Part shown: positions 24,819-37,774 of the stretch, in pieces
Numbering within the stretch: the stretch's first letter is position 1
Layout: each line of letters begins with the position of its first letter
From: Hydrolagus affinis
Taxonomy: Eukaryota
Direction: 5' to 3'
DNA length: 64,000 nt
Assembly (NCBI GenBank): GCA_012026655.1
Contig: JAAILG010000881.1
Coordinates: 1 to 64,000 of the forward strand
Translations under genes and position numbers: made by a program
Notes under the pieces: generated by a model
The model's database searches: none
Seen by the model: the letters and a program-made list of their open reading frames with translations, nothing else
Told to the model about the DNA's origin: nothing

Positions 24819-26521
24819 AATATTTCATATGTAACTTAAGGTTGTGTGTCTAATACATAAGTTTTGTACGCCATGTTTAGCATTTTAAACTGTAATAAAG
24901 CTAATTGAAATTAGCATGCTAGCCTGATTGAGGAGTTCATCACATCTGCCTTGGATTGAAAAGAAAGATTCTAAATGCTCACATTTTCTCAATTCTATGA
25001 CAGGCACAACAAGCAGTATATATTCAATACTCACAGCTGTACGGAGTGAGGGAGCCTCCATTATATATTATACTTTCAGACCGTACAAATGCACAACAGA
25101 AATACATTTTACTTGCACATGTAACTACTTTTCTTCTGATTCGACAACTGAATCAAAATGATGGGCTCAGTGGACAGCAGGCAGATCAGAAAAATTAAGT
25201 ATGAGATGTGACAAGTTGCTAGTCTGATCCTGAGTCCATTGGCACATGTTACTAACCAAAAGTCTAATCTCAGAGGTGAGTTACACTGATGTTGATGTAA
25301 AGCATACAATCGCAAACAAGACTATATTCTACCATTTGTCTTTCAGATCTGAAATGATGTCCAAAACACAACACAATTATTGTGTACAATTCTAATTCAA
25401 GACTGTATATATGGTTACATTAGAAAGCCAAAGGTGGTTCAATTACTGTTAAAGAATTAATTCTTTATTAACCAAATAATTATAGGCATTATCGCTTCAG
25501 CTCTACAATTAGCAGCTAAAGTCTGGTAATTGGGAGAACCTGGTAAAAGCTAAATTTCAATCGCTGTCCATGAAAATGCTCTGAAGTTTATAAATACTGT
25601 CATGGTATTTTAGTAATCCAACGTTAATTTCTAGTAATCGGTGAGGTATCATAGAATAATTTTTTTTTAAATCATGGTATTCTTAGAATAACATTAAAAA
25701 GTTAGTAATCTTGTTAGTCCGGAAACACAGTGAAGTTCAAAAAGCATTAATCAAAATCTACAGGTAGAGATGTAATCCATTGAGAATTGACTGGGGTCTG
25801 ATACAATATCCTGTTTAAAGAAATATCATCAGTAATTGGCATCCATTGCATTAACTGCCAGTTTCAGCTATTTGTAAATGACATAATATCACAATGTCAC
25901 ATCAGGACCAGCACACACTTCAGGACAATGTGAGATGATACCAGAATCTGTCTCCAGAAATGACTGAAATCACGCATTATCCAAAGCATTAAAGGAAATC
26001 TCCATGGGAGGAAGCATGAACTGAGTGATTGTTTCCTTATTATTCTCTGGACGTTACGGCTAATCTCATTACCCTGTGATGTGATAACTCAATGCAGCGA
26101 TATTAAAAGTGGACCTTCACTGGAGTCATTAGTGCCTTCTCGGTTCCAGTCTACAAAATGCAATTCCAAATACAGCTGGAATTACATAGAACATGATAGC
26201 AAGGGAAGAGGCCAAACTAGGTCTGTGTGTATGCTCTACACGAGCCTTCAACCCACCTCATTTCCTCTCCTTCAGTTCCTTTCTCCCCCATGTTACCAAA
26301 TGCTTTACATTTCCTCTCAAATACTGTACGTTGATGTTTTCTGCACTTCCTGATGCCTATGTGGACATTGGAGCAAAAGCAGTGCTATCGTCTTCTGCAA
26401 AATATGATGCACTCTAGAATCATATTATGCACTCTAACCTGCTCTGATTAAATGCAATAACCATGATCAAATGGCATTCTACCTGATCTCACTTCAAGCT
26501 AATGCAAAGTGCACAAAGTAT

Positions 26522-26832
26522 AAATAATAATTCTTAATAATCCTTGCATTCGATACAGTGCTTTTCACGTCTTCTAGACGTCTCAAAGCACTTCACAGGA
26601 TATACTGTAAAGTAAATTTGTATATTTTGTGGGTGAAATGCAGCAGCCAATTGAGCACAGTAGCATTTCACAAATAGTCTTGGATTGAAATGATCAATTT
26701 ATCATTTTATTTTTTGAGGGATTATTATCAGGCGTGTGGAGTGAGGAAACTTGCCTAAGTTTTCGGCCTGGCCAAGAATCGAACCCAGTTCTCTCATTTG
26801 CAAAGCAATTGCTCTAACCACTGAGCTACAGA
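26522..26832 (-). mobile_element. full-length tRNA-derived SINE
   Basis: Reverse head CTGTAGCTCAGTGGTTAGAGCA...GGGTTCGATTC, core and tail all present. Confidence 0.93.
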
Positions 26833-28042
26833 GTTATGAAGTAACACTCAAACAAATACTGTACACATTAGCTCTTTCACACCCAACCTGAAATTTATGT
26901 GGGCATTCCTAACTGTGGCTGAGGTGTTTTACCCTTAGATTATTTTATATGTTCATGTGAATTACTATATAAAAAAATACCCTTTGTAGCAAAGGCAGAA
27001 AGAAGAGAACTAATTACATACACAGCATAATACACAGGGATAAGTCACTAGCAAAATGCTCCAGCAAATATTAATCCATTTTAATGGTTCATTCTGAAGA
27101 TTAAATGGAATTCCACACCTTTGCCAGTTACATGCTCAGAACAAGAGCTGAATCCCTCCAGCTCCCATCAGTATTATATTGTGCTGGTGTCCAGGATTGT
27201 TCATTAAATCAAAGCTCCTTATAGGAAATATTTTATTAAAGCATTTCCTATTTTGATTTAGAAGAGCACTTCTGTTCTGGATAGTTTTATAACAGCATAA
27301 GAGCATGTAAGTGAAAATGAGAAAGGGCCTTTCCCTTTTCCCTGGACTCTGTTACTGTTTCCACTTCATTACATCTCAAAGCTCTCAAAGTCAGCGATGT
27401 CTATTTGACATTTTTTTTTTAATAAGCCCTAAAAGCAGATACCTGTGAAAATAAATCAACATCTCAATCACCGAGGCTGCTGTGTAAACTCTCCAAGCAC
27501 ATGAGGGAACAGTCACTTTCTCCAAAACCAAATCGCCAAAGGATTAATTGCACACGGACCACCAAAATCACAAGGAAATAGAGGAATATTGGGTGATTAC
27601 CTGCTAACCGTCTGACTCCCAAATCAAGAGCAGAGAGCACCAGTTCCCTGGTAGGGTTCAGAGGTTAGATGATATTTTTTGATACACAATTAATCCTTTG
27701 ATGCATCACCTTGATAGTTGAGGTCATCTCAAAGCACCACAGGGGATTTACTATAAAGTACAGTGACTGTCTAAACACCAATGACGGCCAGTGATTATTC
27801 CTCACCTCTGTAAATGTCAAAATTGATGATATTCCATCTTCATTTTGTGCCTTTTATGCCTTCATTTTGTGCCATTTTGTACCTGCCCCACCTACCAAGC
27901 GCTCCTACCAACATGCTCACAGTATTTTGTGGTCCCTCTCCTGCCAGCTTGTCACTGTTTTGTCACACGCACAGATGCATGCAACAACAACTTGCATTTA
28001 TATAGCACCCTTGATGTGGGGTAGCATCTCTGAGTGCATGAG

Positions 28043-28067
28043 CACACACACACACACACACACACAC
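28043..28067. repeat. (CA)n microsatellite
   Basis: Seen directly. Confidence 0.95.
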
Positions 28068-28782
28068 TCCCACTTCTCAAATGTCAAGTCATTAAGGCCA
28101 GCTGTTATGCGGTGAAAATATCCAAACAAATGTTCCTCAAGGAATTTCAGAACTTGGGAGAGATAAGAATTATTCAAACCAGAGTCACGAGGGCCGCCAC
28201 TAATCTATGAATTCTAAATGATAGCATGGGGCATTGTGCAGACAAGGTAGAGTGCCACATAATTACACTGAGGATAGATTCAGTGTTCTCGCATGCTGTT
28301 TTCTCACTCTTTTTATCCTCGCAGCACAATTAGTACATATAACAAAGCACACTCCACTTGCCCCATTGCACAGACTGTGTTGCGTTGCATATAGTGCTGG
28401 GACTGTACTGCCTGGTCAATAACAAAGGTTATATTAAAGAGCAGAATTTCAACCAATTTAGTGAAAACCAGTGATCCAAATTTGTACATTGAACACAGAA
28501 TCCACCTAATGTACCTACCAAGCCTTCCAGTACAATGAAATTGTGCAATCGATGCGCTCACTGAGTTCAGTGTTTCTTGCCCTGCTCACCCCTCTCACCT
28601 ACCATCACCTGCTAGACCCGCTATCGCACAGGAGGAGAAACTTTCTTGTCTCTGTTTATTTCTCTATTCACATCAGATTTTGCAGAAGATAATACCAATG
28701 TTCTTACACCAATGGGCGCATGGTTGCTGTAATCTTTGAACGACTCCTTAAAGTATGCTTGTGGGAAAAATACTTGCTTCAT

Positions 28783-28900
28783 CTTGGGGATATAATAATC
28801 TAAGTGATTTCTAGTTTGTTGAAAAGTGCTCTCAGCCAGAAACATTTCTTTGGTGTTTTTGTCAATGATTTCACAGATCCTAATGCAAAGTTCACCAGTT
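28783..28900. repeat. copy 1 of a 118-bp local direct duplication
   Basis: Differs from 30242-30361 by 2 substitutions and one 2-bp indel. Confidence 0.95.
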
Positions 28901-30241
28901 CACCTTCATCATTACGAATCCCAAGCGCATTAGCTCTTATTGATCTATTGAAGTTAATTTGATCAGGTACACAGAGGTCCTTTAAAACATAAAGCAGAGC
29001 AATTTAAGTGAAAGTTTATCTAGCCAGATTCTTTTTATAAAATAAGGAAAGATAAAAGTTACTCTATCGCAACACAACTGTACTGGTAACTCAGCAATAA
29101 CACGGTATATTTTTCTTTAACATTTATTTTACATTTGGTAAGTCTGTGCTGCAGATAATGACATTCACATATTCAACTGAGGTTTAATTAGGTACCTTTG
29201 ATAGGTTAACTTTAATAGCACACAAATGGCATGTTTCACATTATAGAGGAAATGTTTTTTTGCGGATAAACTTACATTTGTAAACAAAGTCTAATGGCAA
29301 TGGCAATTATTAATGATCTCCTTAATCCCTTAATGATTGTATGATTACCTCTTCATGAAAGAAAAATAAGAAGTGCAGTTTATCAGGTAATAAGAATATG
29401 AAAAGCAATGTTCTACATCTCAATCTCCCTCCTCTTCCCTCTCTCCTCTACATTGTTTATCACACTACTTAATTATAGCACTTTCATTGTTAGAGGCCTA
29501 GAAATGTAGCAGAGATTTTAAGCTGGGGGAGTAAAACATTTTGACTATTGGGGGCTGGATGCCCTATTTGAGAAACGTCTGTGGGCCGCATAATATAGAG
29601 ACAGTGGGAATGCCAAGTTGGACACCCAACTAAAAAAAATGTAGGCAAAAAGTTTCTTTCATTTGAAGCTTTAATGCAATTCCTTTATGATCTCCAGAGG
29701 GTTTGTTGTTCGAACACGATAAGTGCTCGCTGAATTTCAGAGTGAGAGGATAGCAAACTAGTGTGTTACCCAAAAGATGAAGTCAACAACAACCACTAAA
29801 TTATACTCAAATAAGTAATTTAGGTACCTAAAGATCAATAGCACGGGCTTAGTTAAATCAGTACCCCAGTGTTAACAACAACATTTATGCAGACCCCTTC
29901 ATGCACAGTAATGAATCATGTAAGGTATAACAGGATTTCAGTAAATAAATTGGACTTGACAGTAATTTTACTTCACACTTGAAATGCAATTTGCTATAAC
30001 CTTGAAAGAATTATTACATTGACACAAAATTAGGGTAAAATGTACGGTATTCCAGATGTGTTTCTTAAATTCACGTTAATTACCCATTTGGGAAGCATTT
30101 GTACAGTCTGTGCTTTGTGAGGTCAGTGGTCTCTGACCTCGAAACCTGCATCCTGAGACACGTGCTGACATCAATCAGGAGGAAACCCTTCCAAGCCACA
30201 AAATGCCCAATCACATGCATTGTTTGGGGGATATAATATGA

Positions 30242-30361
30242 CTTGGGGATATAATAATCTAAATGATTTCTAGTTTGTTGAAAAGCGCTCTCAGCCAGAA
30301 ACATTTCTTTGGTGTTTTTGTCAATGATTTCACAGATCCTAATGTACAAAGTTCACCAGTT
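30242..30361. repeat. copy 2 of the local direct duplication
   Basis: See 28783-28900; preceded by a partial extra copy TTGGGGGATATAAT. Confidence 0.95.
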
Positions 30362-31308
30362 ATTAAGCAGCCTGGTTAGAATACTGTTCTGTGTCTCAAT
30401 TACACATTGGCAATTGTGTGAAGAAAACAGTTTGATCCATGGCTCTTTTCATCCATAACAGTGCTTTGTATTGAAAGGTCATGGATCAGACATGGTATAC
30501 AAGTTCAATGACTTCAGCTCATTAATCAAAGCCCACTTGCAACACAAGCTGTATGCCGTTCATCAAAAAACATTTTTGTACTTCACCACAATGCCTCATT
30601 ATAAAACAAAACGCAGGGAGTGTGAAAGACTTGCGTAATGAGATTTTATAGCCACTTACTATGGGACTCTTCACCAGCTTCAGCTCATGAAACAGCCGTC
30701 AAACAGTCAGTGGATTATAAGGATTCACCTGCTGCAGAGATGTAGCAAGAAGGTTTCACTGGAAAATCTGTCAGCTATCGCACACTGATCTGCACAGACC
30801 CAGCCACCCTGTCAGCTGAACTGTCAGTCTTCCAAGGACTACAGTGGAAAAACTAATTGCACTCACCGAGAAGATGACATTTTGCACCAGATCGATGCTT
30901 CTCGGCATGTTTTGTTGGCAGTGTACAGGAGGCAGGCTATGCCAGGATACACAAACAGTTTGTTGTTTCATTCCTTTGAGCAAATTTTCCTGCTAAAATA
31001 ATAAATGAAGAGAAAGATTGTACTTAAATACAGGTTGTGCTGTGGTCCAGGTTGAAATTCAGTCATTTAAAAGGACTTGATATAAGATATTTGAAAGGCG
31101 GAACTTTTAACCTTTAAAAGGTATTAATTTTACCTCCCAACTGTTGGCTGCCTATTTAAGATATATGCAAAGCACTTTAGACCCTGGGTTCTATTCATGA
31201 AATGGTGAGTTGCATATGCAGGTGAGGTGACCACACACCTTAATGTCTTGTAACATTATTTGGAACAATGTAGAAGGAATCCAGCTCCCAGTGACAAGTA
31301 AATCTACC

Positions 31309-31589
31309 GTTAAATCAAGGTCCCATAAGTCTGTACTCAGATGAATGTTAAAAATTCCTTGATACTGTTCCAAAAAGAGAAGGGAGTTTCTCCCTTTGTC
31401 CTGGCCAACACTCCTCCAGATAAATTAGACGTTCACTTCATAGCTGCAGGCGAGGCTTTACTATGTGCAAATCAAGTCGGTCAGTTTGCCTACCAATATA
31501 CATTCACTGCCGTTGCCAGCAATTTACCTGTGAAAAGCTTTGAGATGTTTCACTGTTACAGGAACTATGTCAAATGAGAGGATTATTTA
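31309..31589 (+). mobile_element. Deu-domain SINE, 5'-truncated, old
   Basis: GTTAAATCAAGGTCCC...AAGAGAAGGGAGTTTCTCCCTTTGTCCTGGCCAACA...CTGTGAAAAGCTTTGAGATG...GGATTATT. Confidence 0.75.
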
Positions 31590-32560
31590 AGGCACTTTGG
31601 TGAGCCAACATCATCGACAGTGCTATGGCATATTGTGGCCCTGCTTGGCTCACAAAGCAGTGATTCAACTGTTTCCCACTTGTCAGGAATGTCACAATGA
31701 AACTGGCTTACCCTGGGAAACTCACCTTTACCTGTCCTTCACAAGAGTATAGTTACAGCTTGGTCAAAACTCTCACTAGGCATATACAGTGAAAGCAATA
31801 TATTCTTTCTGCCTTCAGTGAACAACATCTATTGGAGTAAACATGCTTGCCATTTCAATGATGCATGCCAATCTGCACAATGAAAGTGAACCAATTTAGT
31901 TCACGATTCAGTGCAGGACATTCGCCTGAATGATTTTAATACCCAAGTCCTGACTCTAGAATATTTTGCACCTACTGCTTTAACATAACATGGGGCTTGT
32001 GCCAGTATTTATTGGAAATAAACCTTAGCTTTCTTCACAGCAAGGCAGGATCTAACCCTACAGGACATTGGAATCTGGAATGACTTATCATTACTCACTT
32101 ATCTGTAATGGCAACATGCTCAACGCATTGCGCCACAATTTACTGCGTATCAAAAAGCAACATTTTCTGATGAGGAACTTGCGTCCGTAAAGGTATTAGA
32201 GTTCAAAAGCAATCTCACAAAATGAATCTTTAAAAACAACACAGTTCAGGGAATTAATTCCATAGACACACTAGAAAGAGATTGTCCCCATTGCACCTAA
32301 GAGATCCTCCAAACCGTCAATATGTATGACTGAACTGTATTTATATCTAGTTTGGCATTCCTGTGAGTGTGCATAGAGTCAAATGCTCTGGGCATTTTCA
32401 TACTGGAGCGAACACTGCTGCAGATTTTGGTAGACTAATAATCTTTGTCTAATAATTATAAAAATAAACTGCATATCACTTTGAATTTCTGGAAAGGAGA
32501 AAGATAAATGGATATTTCTAATTCTTTGATTGAAAGAAAAGTTCTGGCTGCTTTATATAA

Positions 32561-32702
32561 AATAATCCTTGCATTTGATGCAACATCAAGACAGCTCAAA
32601 GTTCTTTACAGGATTTGCTGTAAGATAATAATAATTATAAGATGCAGTGACTGTGCATTTTGTAGAAGAACATAGCACACAGCAATGTCCCACAAACAGC
32701 CT
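32561..32702 (-). mobile_element. SINE 3' fragment
   Basis: AATAATCCTTGCATTTGATG...CACAGCAATGTCCCACAAACAGCC. Confidence 0.8.
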
Positions 32703-32864
32703 TTGTTTTTTGCTGCATTTCCACAACTTTTTTTTAACGAACATTAAAAAGAAATGAACTAAAATTTGATATTCTGCACACAAACTACATAGACACAAAC
32801 CTCTGATTTGTTTTTAGCATGAACCCAATTTGCTGCAATGTGAAACAGGAAGTATACATCAAGC

Positions 32865-33030
32865 TTTGCTCCCTGAATCCACCCCAAATTCTTCGACCTC
32901 CCCTTCGTGTTTCACCCCCGCCCAAACACTCCCCTCCCAGCTCGGGTCACATTCCCCCTGTGCAGCGCCTTGGGACGTCCTCCCGACGTGAAAGGCGCTC
33001 TATAAATGTAATTTGTTGTTGTTGTTGTTG
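32865..33030 (+). mobile_element. L2 3' UTR and tail, near-consensus
   Basis: CAGCGCCTTGGGACGTCCTCCCGACGTGAAAGGCGCTCTATAAATGTAAT(TTG)6. Confidence 0.9.
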
Positions 33031-33320
33031 AATAGTATTAATCCTCATTTGGTTCATTAAAATATCACATTAGACAACTATTTGCATTGGAGAGCTACAT
33101 GTGAAACTACAGTAGAATCCATTAGAAAGCGCTGGCTTCCTGTAAGTCAGATGTTTTCCTGGGCACTAAAATTGGCCCATTCTCTGGTGACCCAATCACT
33201 TTCTGCGCACGGTCTGTGTGTGCAGGGTTCAGAAAGTGACATTAACGGTGACCAGGAAGTCAGACTTTTTTTTAAAAAGTGCAAGGGAAATGATCTAGCT
33301 TTATGCGTGAATGGGCAGTG

Positions 33321-33466
33321 AATAATAATAATCCTTGCATTCGATAAAGCATCTTATCACATCTTTGGAAATCTCAAAGCGCTTCACAGAATTTACTGTA
33401 AGGTGAATTGACTTTATTTTGCGGGTGAAGTGCGGCAGCTAATTGCACACTGCAGTGCCCCACAAT
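33321..33466 (-). mobile_element. SINE 3' half
   Basis: (AAT)4 CCTTGCATTCGATAAAGC...TCTCAAAGCGCTTCACAG...GCGGCAGCTAATTGCACAC. Confidence 0.88.
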
Positions 33467-33886
33467 ATGTGTAAAAGCTGATTGGTAATTGCACCTGGTT
33501 CTGAGGTGGGTTGGGACTTTATGGACCCCAAGTAGCAGTTCACAACAGGTATCTACTGTGTTGGATAATACAGTTTTGAAGTGACCATGAGTACATGGGA
33601 GCTGAATATCACAGAAATTCTATTATACCCTGTAACTTAAATAATATTATTAAATCGTATCACAGTACTGTACAAATATAAATGGAGGACTTAACGAAGG
33701 CAGGTTTTGCAACTATTGACATTGGGATGTGCTCTAGAACACTCCAGCAGTATTTTCACCATGTAGGACTCACATTGATTGCATCCATTATCTATGCAAA
33801 AGTATGATTGGGAAATCTACTCATCATTTCTCCATTGTCTAAAGCCAAATTTGTTTTTAATGTTGCTGATCATTAGTCTCCATTGT

Positions 33887-33903
33887 GTTGCCCTCTGGTG
33901 TCA
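33887..33903 (-). promoter_or_regulatory. candidate CTCF site
   Basis: Reverse complement TGACACCAGAGGGCAAC is close to the CTCF core CCACCAGAGGGCRC; motif match only. Confidence 0.35.
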
Positions 33904-34432
33904 CTCGCTAAACAATCTGGGCCACTGACAAAATTATTTTTCTCACACAGAGCACCTCTTCAATCAAGCGCGATTCGTTACAGTGCATCAGTATAACTTA
34001 GCTCTCAGCTTTGAACATTTTAACTCAATTAAGATCACTACAGAAACCTTCGCACAATATGTTCCAGTTATCAACCTCTATTACAGTTAATATTTCGGTG
34101 ACAAATAGGACATTGGTCATGTCATGTACCTTATGTCAGTTTCTAGAGTATCTAGAGGCAGTAAAAGCTAAACACTGCTTTGCCCTGCGACAAAGTCGCA
34201 AAACAAAATGTTGCAGCATTGTAGATGAGTCAGTATTTTCACTGTAATCATGTCCGGCGTGGAACATTGGATAAAAAAATCTTATTGTTGTAGTAAATAT
34301 CTTCCTCCACACAACTAATTTGTTTATTCTTTCAAATAAATATTCACACATTTACAGCAATAAAGATGGCAGGTTACTGTTGAAGAAATAATGGGTAATA
34401 GGAATTTGAAATACATAGTTGGTTGGAGCCAG

Positions 34433-34705
34433 ATGTCAGCCTGGATCAGTTGTTAGCACTCTCATCTATGAGTCAGAAGGTTGTTGACGTAAGCCCCACA
34501 TTGGGGACTTCGATCTCGCATAGGCATGGCTAGCACTCTAACGCAATCCTGGGGTGCTCTGCATTGTTGGATGTGCCATCTTTAGATCAGATGTTCAACT
34601 GAGGTCCAGGCTGCCCATACAGGTGGACATTAAAGATCCCATGGCACTACTGGAAAAGAGAAGGGAGTTTCTTCTAGAGTCCTAGTAAGCAATCTCCTCA
34701 ATAAA
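34433..34705 (+). mobile_element. Deu-domain SINE (SacSINE1-like), 5' two-thirds
   Basis: tRNA-like head CAGTTGTTAGCACTCTC...TGAGTCAGAAGGTTG, then GTGCCATCTTTAGATCAGATGTTCAACTGAGG...CAGGTGGACATTAAAGATCCCATGGCACTA. Confidence 0.85.
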
Positions 34706-37678
34706 ATTGGGGATAATAATAATAATCATCCTTGAATTTAATATAATGATCACACCAGCCCCTGCTCTTTTCACCCATTAATTTGCAGTTTATGGAATTA
34801 GAAAGAAGTGTATGAAAACAAACTGTTGATTTTCTTACCGTAATAATTTGATATGATCACTGGTGATTGTTTGAGGTGTTCAAAATTGGTTGTGCAATTT
34901 TCCTGTCAACAAGTTTTATTCTTCTCTCATCTGGAAGACAACCACATTAGCGGTTAGGTCAGATATTAATCCACTGCATTTGTATGTATGTATCCTACAT
35001 GATTAACTTTAGATTAGGAAAATCCAATATTTCATAAATTTGAGGCATACTGTCTCTTTCTTGGCATTAATATTAAATCTGCTCAGCGTACTCCATCATT
35101 CCAGCAAAATATTCTATTAGAATCAATTTCATCCTTTGAGGATGCAGTAGGACTGCTGTAAACTATAACAAGATTACAATGGTTTACCTATGCAAATAAT
35201 ATGATGATTGCAATGTGCAAGAGCAAAAGGTTCCATGCTTCCAGGACACAGAATCTCAAGATAATCAAATTATACAATATTGTTGCCTATCATCTTGCAT
35301 GTTAAGTACTGTAACTTGAAGTTTTCCAAACTAAGCATAATAATAATCCTAGCATTTGATATGGCGCCTTATATTGTCGAAAAGTGTCATACATAAAATA
35401 TCCAGTCCTGTGAAATATATTATATAAAATGCAAGATTAATATTAACTATTATTCTTGCAAGTTTGGTTTGCAGTCGATATCTACATTGCAATGATTTTT
35501 GCGTATGTGGTCATCCAACTCCATTGATAAAATGCACAGCAGTTCATTTTTTAAAATGATGCAAATAAAATAAATAATGTGATGTTATTCCAGGATCACC
35601 TCACTCTCCCTTCACCAGGATATGCATAACACACATCACTTATTATGCCTCTTACACTAATCAACAGCCTTACTGAAACATGCCTCTATTGACACCTTTC
35701 ACATTAATACCTTTTTTGCATGTCTCTTGACCGTACCATTAAGAGGTTCACCTCCACTTTATCTATTCCTTTCCTTCAATCTGGCTAGTGTCTTCTCCAA
35801 AAGAAGCCATATGCTTAAACTGAAAGCTATGGAAGATCTTCAATACCCAATGGGGTAAATCTCCTTAAATGAATGAAGCTTTTGCCAATGCTCATTAGCG
35901 CACTGACACATTGCACCACTGAGTGGTACGACTCAGCTTCATGTCTGAGATTCCCAATGCATCAAGTTCTGGTTCACAATCACATTTTGGTCAAGTGCCA
36001 AAAAGGTAGATAAGCAGATATGTTGTTGATTCATGTGTCTTCTGCATACGTTACACTGTAGAATTGTATTGGAAGTGCGAACGCACACAAGAGATACCGC
36101 ACAAGCAGAAGAAAACATTTGATAAAGAAGGTGTAAGTATTAGAACAATTGCTTTCAGTTCAAATATACTGATTGTTTTCAATTCCTAAATATTTATGTT
36201 TAATGTTTCCAAGCGAGCATTAAGGTTTCAGAAAAACACATTTCATTCCTTTAACAGCTTTCACATAATATATATGTCACTTCTTCTAACAAGCAGGTGA
36301 CATTTATTTTTTACAATTGTCATTACCCGATGATTGTGAGTCACCCAATCCTTTTTGTTCCTCGTTCTCAGTTGGTTTCAATTGGGCACAAGTCCATTGA
36401 ACAAACTACTGAGGCTGTAAATTGAATAATCAAAATCCTAAGTGGCTCTATGTTCAAGAGTGCATAGATTATCTTTACAATGGGTATTTACCTGGGTCCA
36501 AATGCATTGTAAGGGCATTGCAGCAGAGTCCAGCAATACCTTTGACATATTTATTCAATGGTTGACCGAGGAATGCTTCCTAATTTCAACCGATGTCTAC
36601 TTACATGAGTTCAGAAAAAAGCCTCTTTAACAAGCAGAATGCGTTACAGCTTTTTAAAAAGTATGCAAATCTGCCTTTTTTTTAAATGTAAAGGCCGGAG
36701 AAAGTATGCACATGCATTATATGAACAGTTCTGTGGGCATCAGTCTTACTCCATTGCTCAAGCGTAAATCCAAACACAGAACAATCTGTCTAAAGCAGTC
36801 AATCACAAGAGTAGCATCGATAGTTCTGACTGTACAACTAAATGATGTGGAATGAATGGGAAAAAAAATGTGTGTTCTCCTCTGCTTTGTTGAAACCTGT
36901 ATTTATTTGAAGGAGGCACTGAATTTTGCACAGTAAGTTTTTTTTAAAAACTAGAAAATCATTATCAAACCTCTTTGTATCAGAATTCTCTCGCAGTGTG
37001 GTTTATTACAAAGAGCTCATTTATTCAAACCCAACATATTGCTTTCCCCCATTTTAACGCACATCTTCATAAACCACACTTAACAGCAAAAGAAGCTAAC
37101 TTCTCTTTTTAATCCACAAAATTTTGCCTCCTTCCTTGGTCATGATCAAATGAGTGAAAACTAGCTTTGCAACATCAAATAATTAACGTTGCAATATGAA
37201 GTTACGCTCCACAGAGCTGTAGAATTAGAAAGGAGTGTTTTACAATTTATTTTATTGCAATTAAAATTATAATGCATTTATTCTTTTGATGGATAAATAC
37301 AAAACATTAATTTGTAAGTGACCAAATGCTGGTGCTTCAGCTGTCAGATCTAAATTCGGTTGCTGGTGTGGCTGACATTTGCACTCAAATATTTTGCCTG
37401 GAGCGAAAGTTTGCTGCTTGCTCTTTCGGACTGTTTGCCCAGGGGAAGGATTTAAACTTGTTGGGGAGAGCCATGTCTTATTGCAATTTGTTGCAGGTTG
37501 ACCGAAGAAGCTCTCTGAGATATTTGCCGTCACTATCTCAGCCTCCAAATTAAAGAGATCAGAATATGGATCCAGTTCAAAGGAATAACACAGAGGGAAA
37601 ACAAAAACACAATATTTATTCTAAAATAAATGGTTTGTGGACAATGAAATGCCTCCACAAACACATTATCTTACACAG

Positions 37679-37774
37679 AAATAATAATAATACTTACACT
37701 TTTCAAATTTTCTAGCTATCTCAAAGCACTTCACAGAATATACTGTAAAGTGAATTTGACTGTATATTTGTGGA
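37679..37774 (-). mobile_element. SINE 3' fragment
   Basis: TCTCAAAGCACTTCACAGAATATACTGTAAAGTGAATTTGACTGTATATTTGTGG. Confidence 0.85.

Noticed and set aside
29510-29600. hAT-Charlie-like fragment (TGTGGGCCGCA)
   Set aside because: No TIR pair or TSD found; similarity too short.
30119-30146. Hammerhead stem II followed by GAAAC (GAGGTCAG...CTGACCTC GAAAC)
   Set aside because: The 8-bp hairpin is real but the CUGANGA core is absent upstream.
32167-32210. Hammerhead ribozyme (CTGATGA-GGA...TCC-GTAA)
   Set aside because: The invariant GAAA reads GTAA, and stems I and III are too weak.
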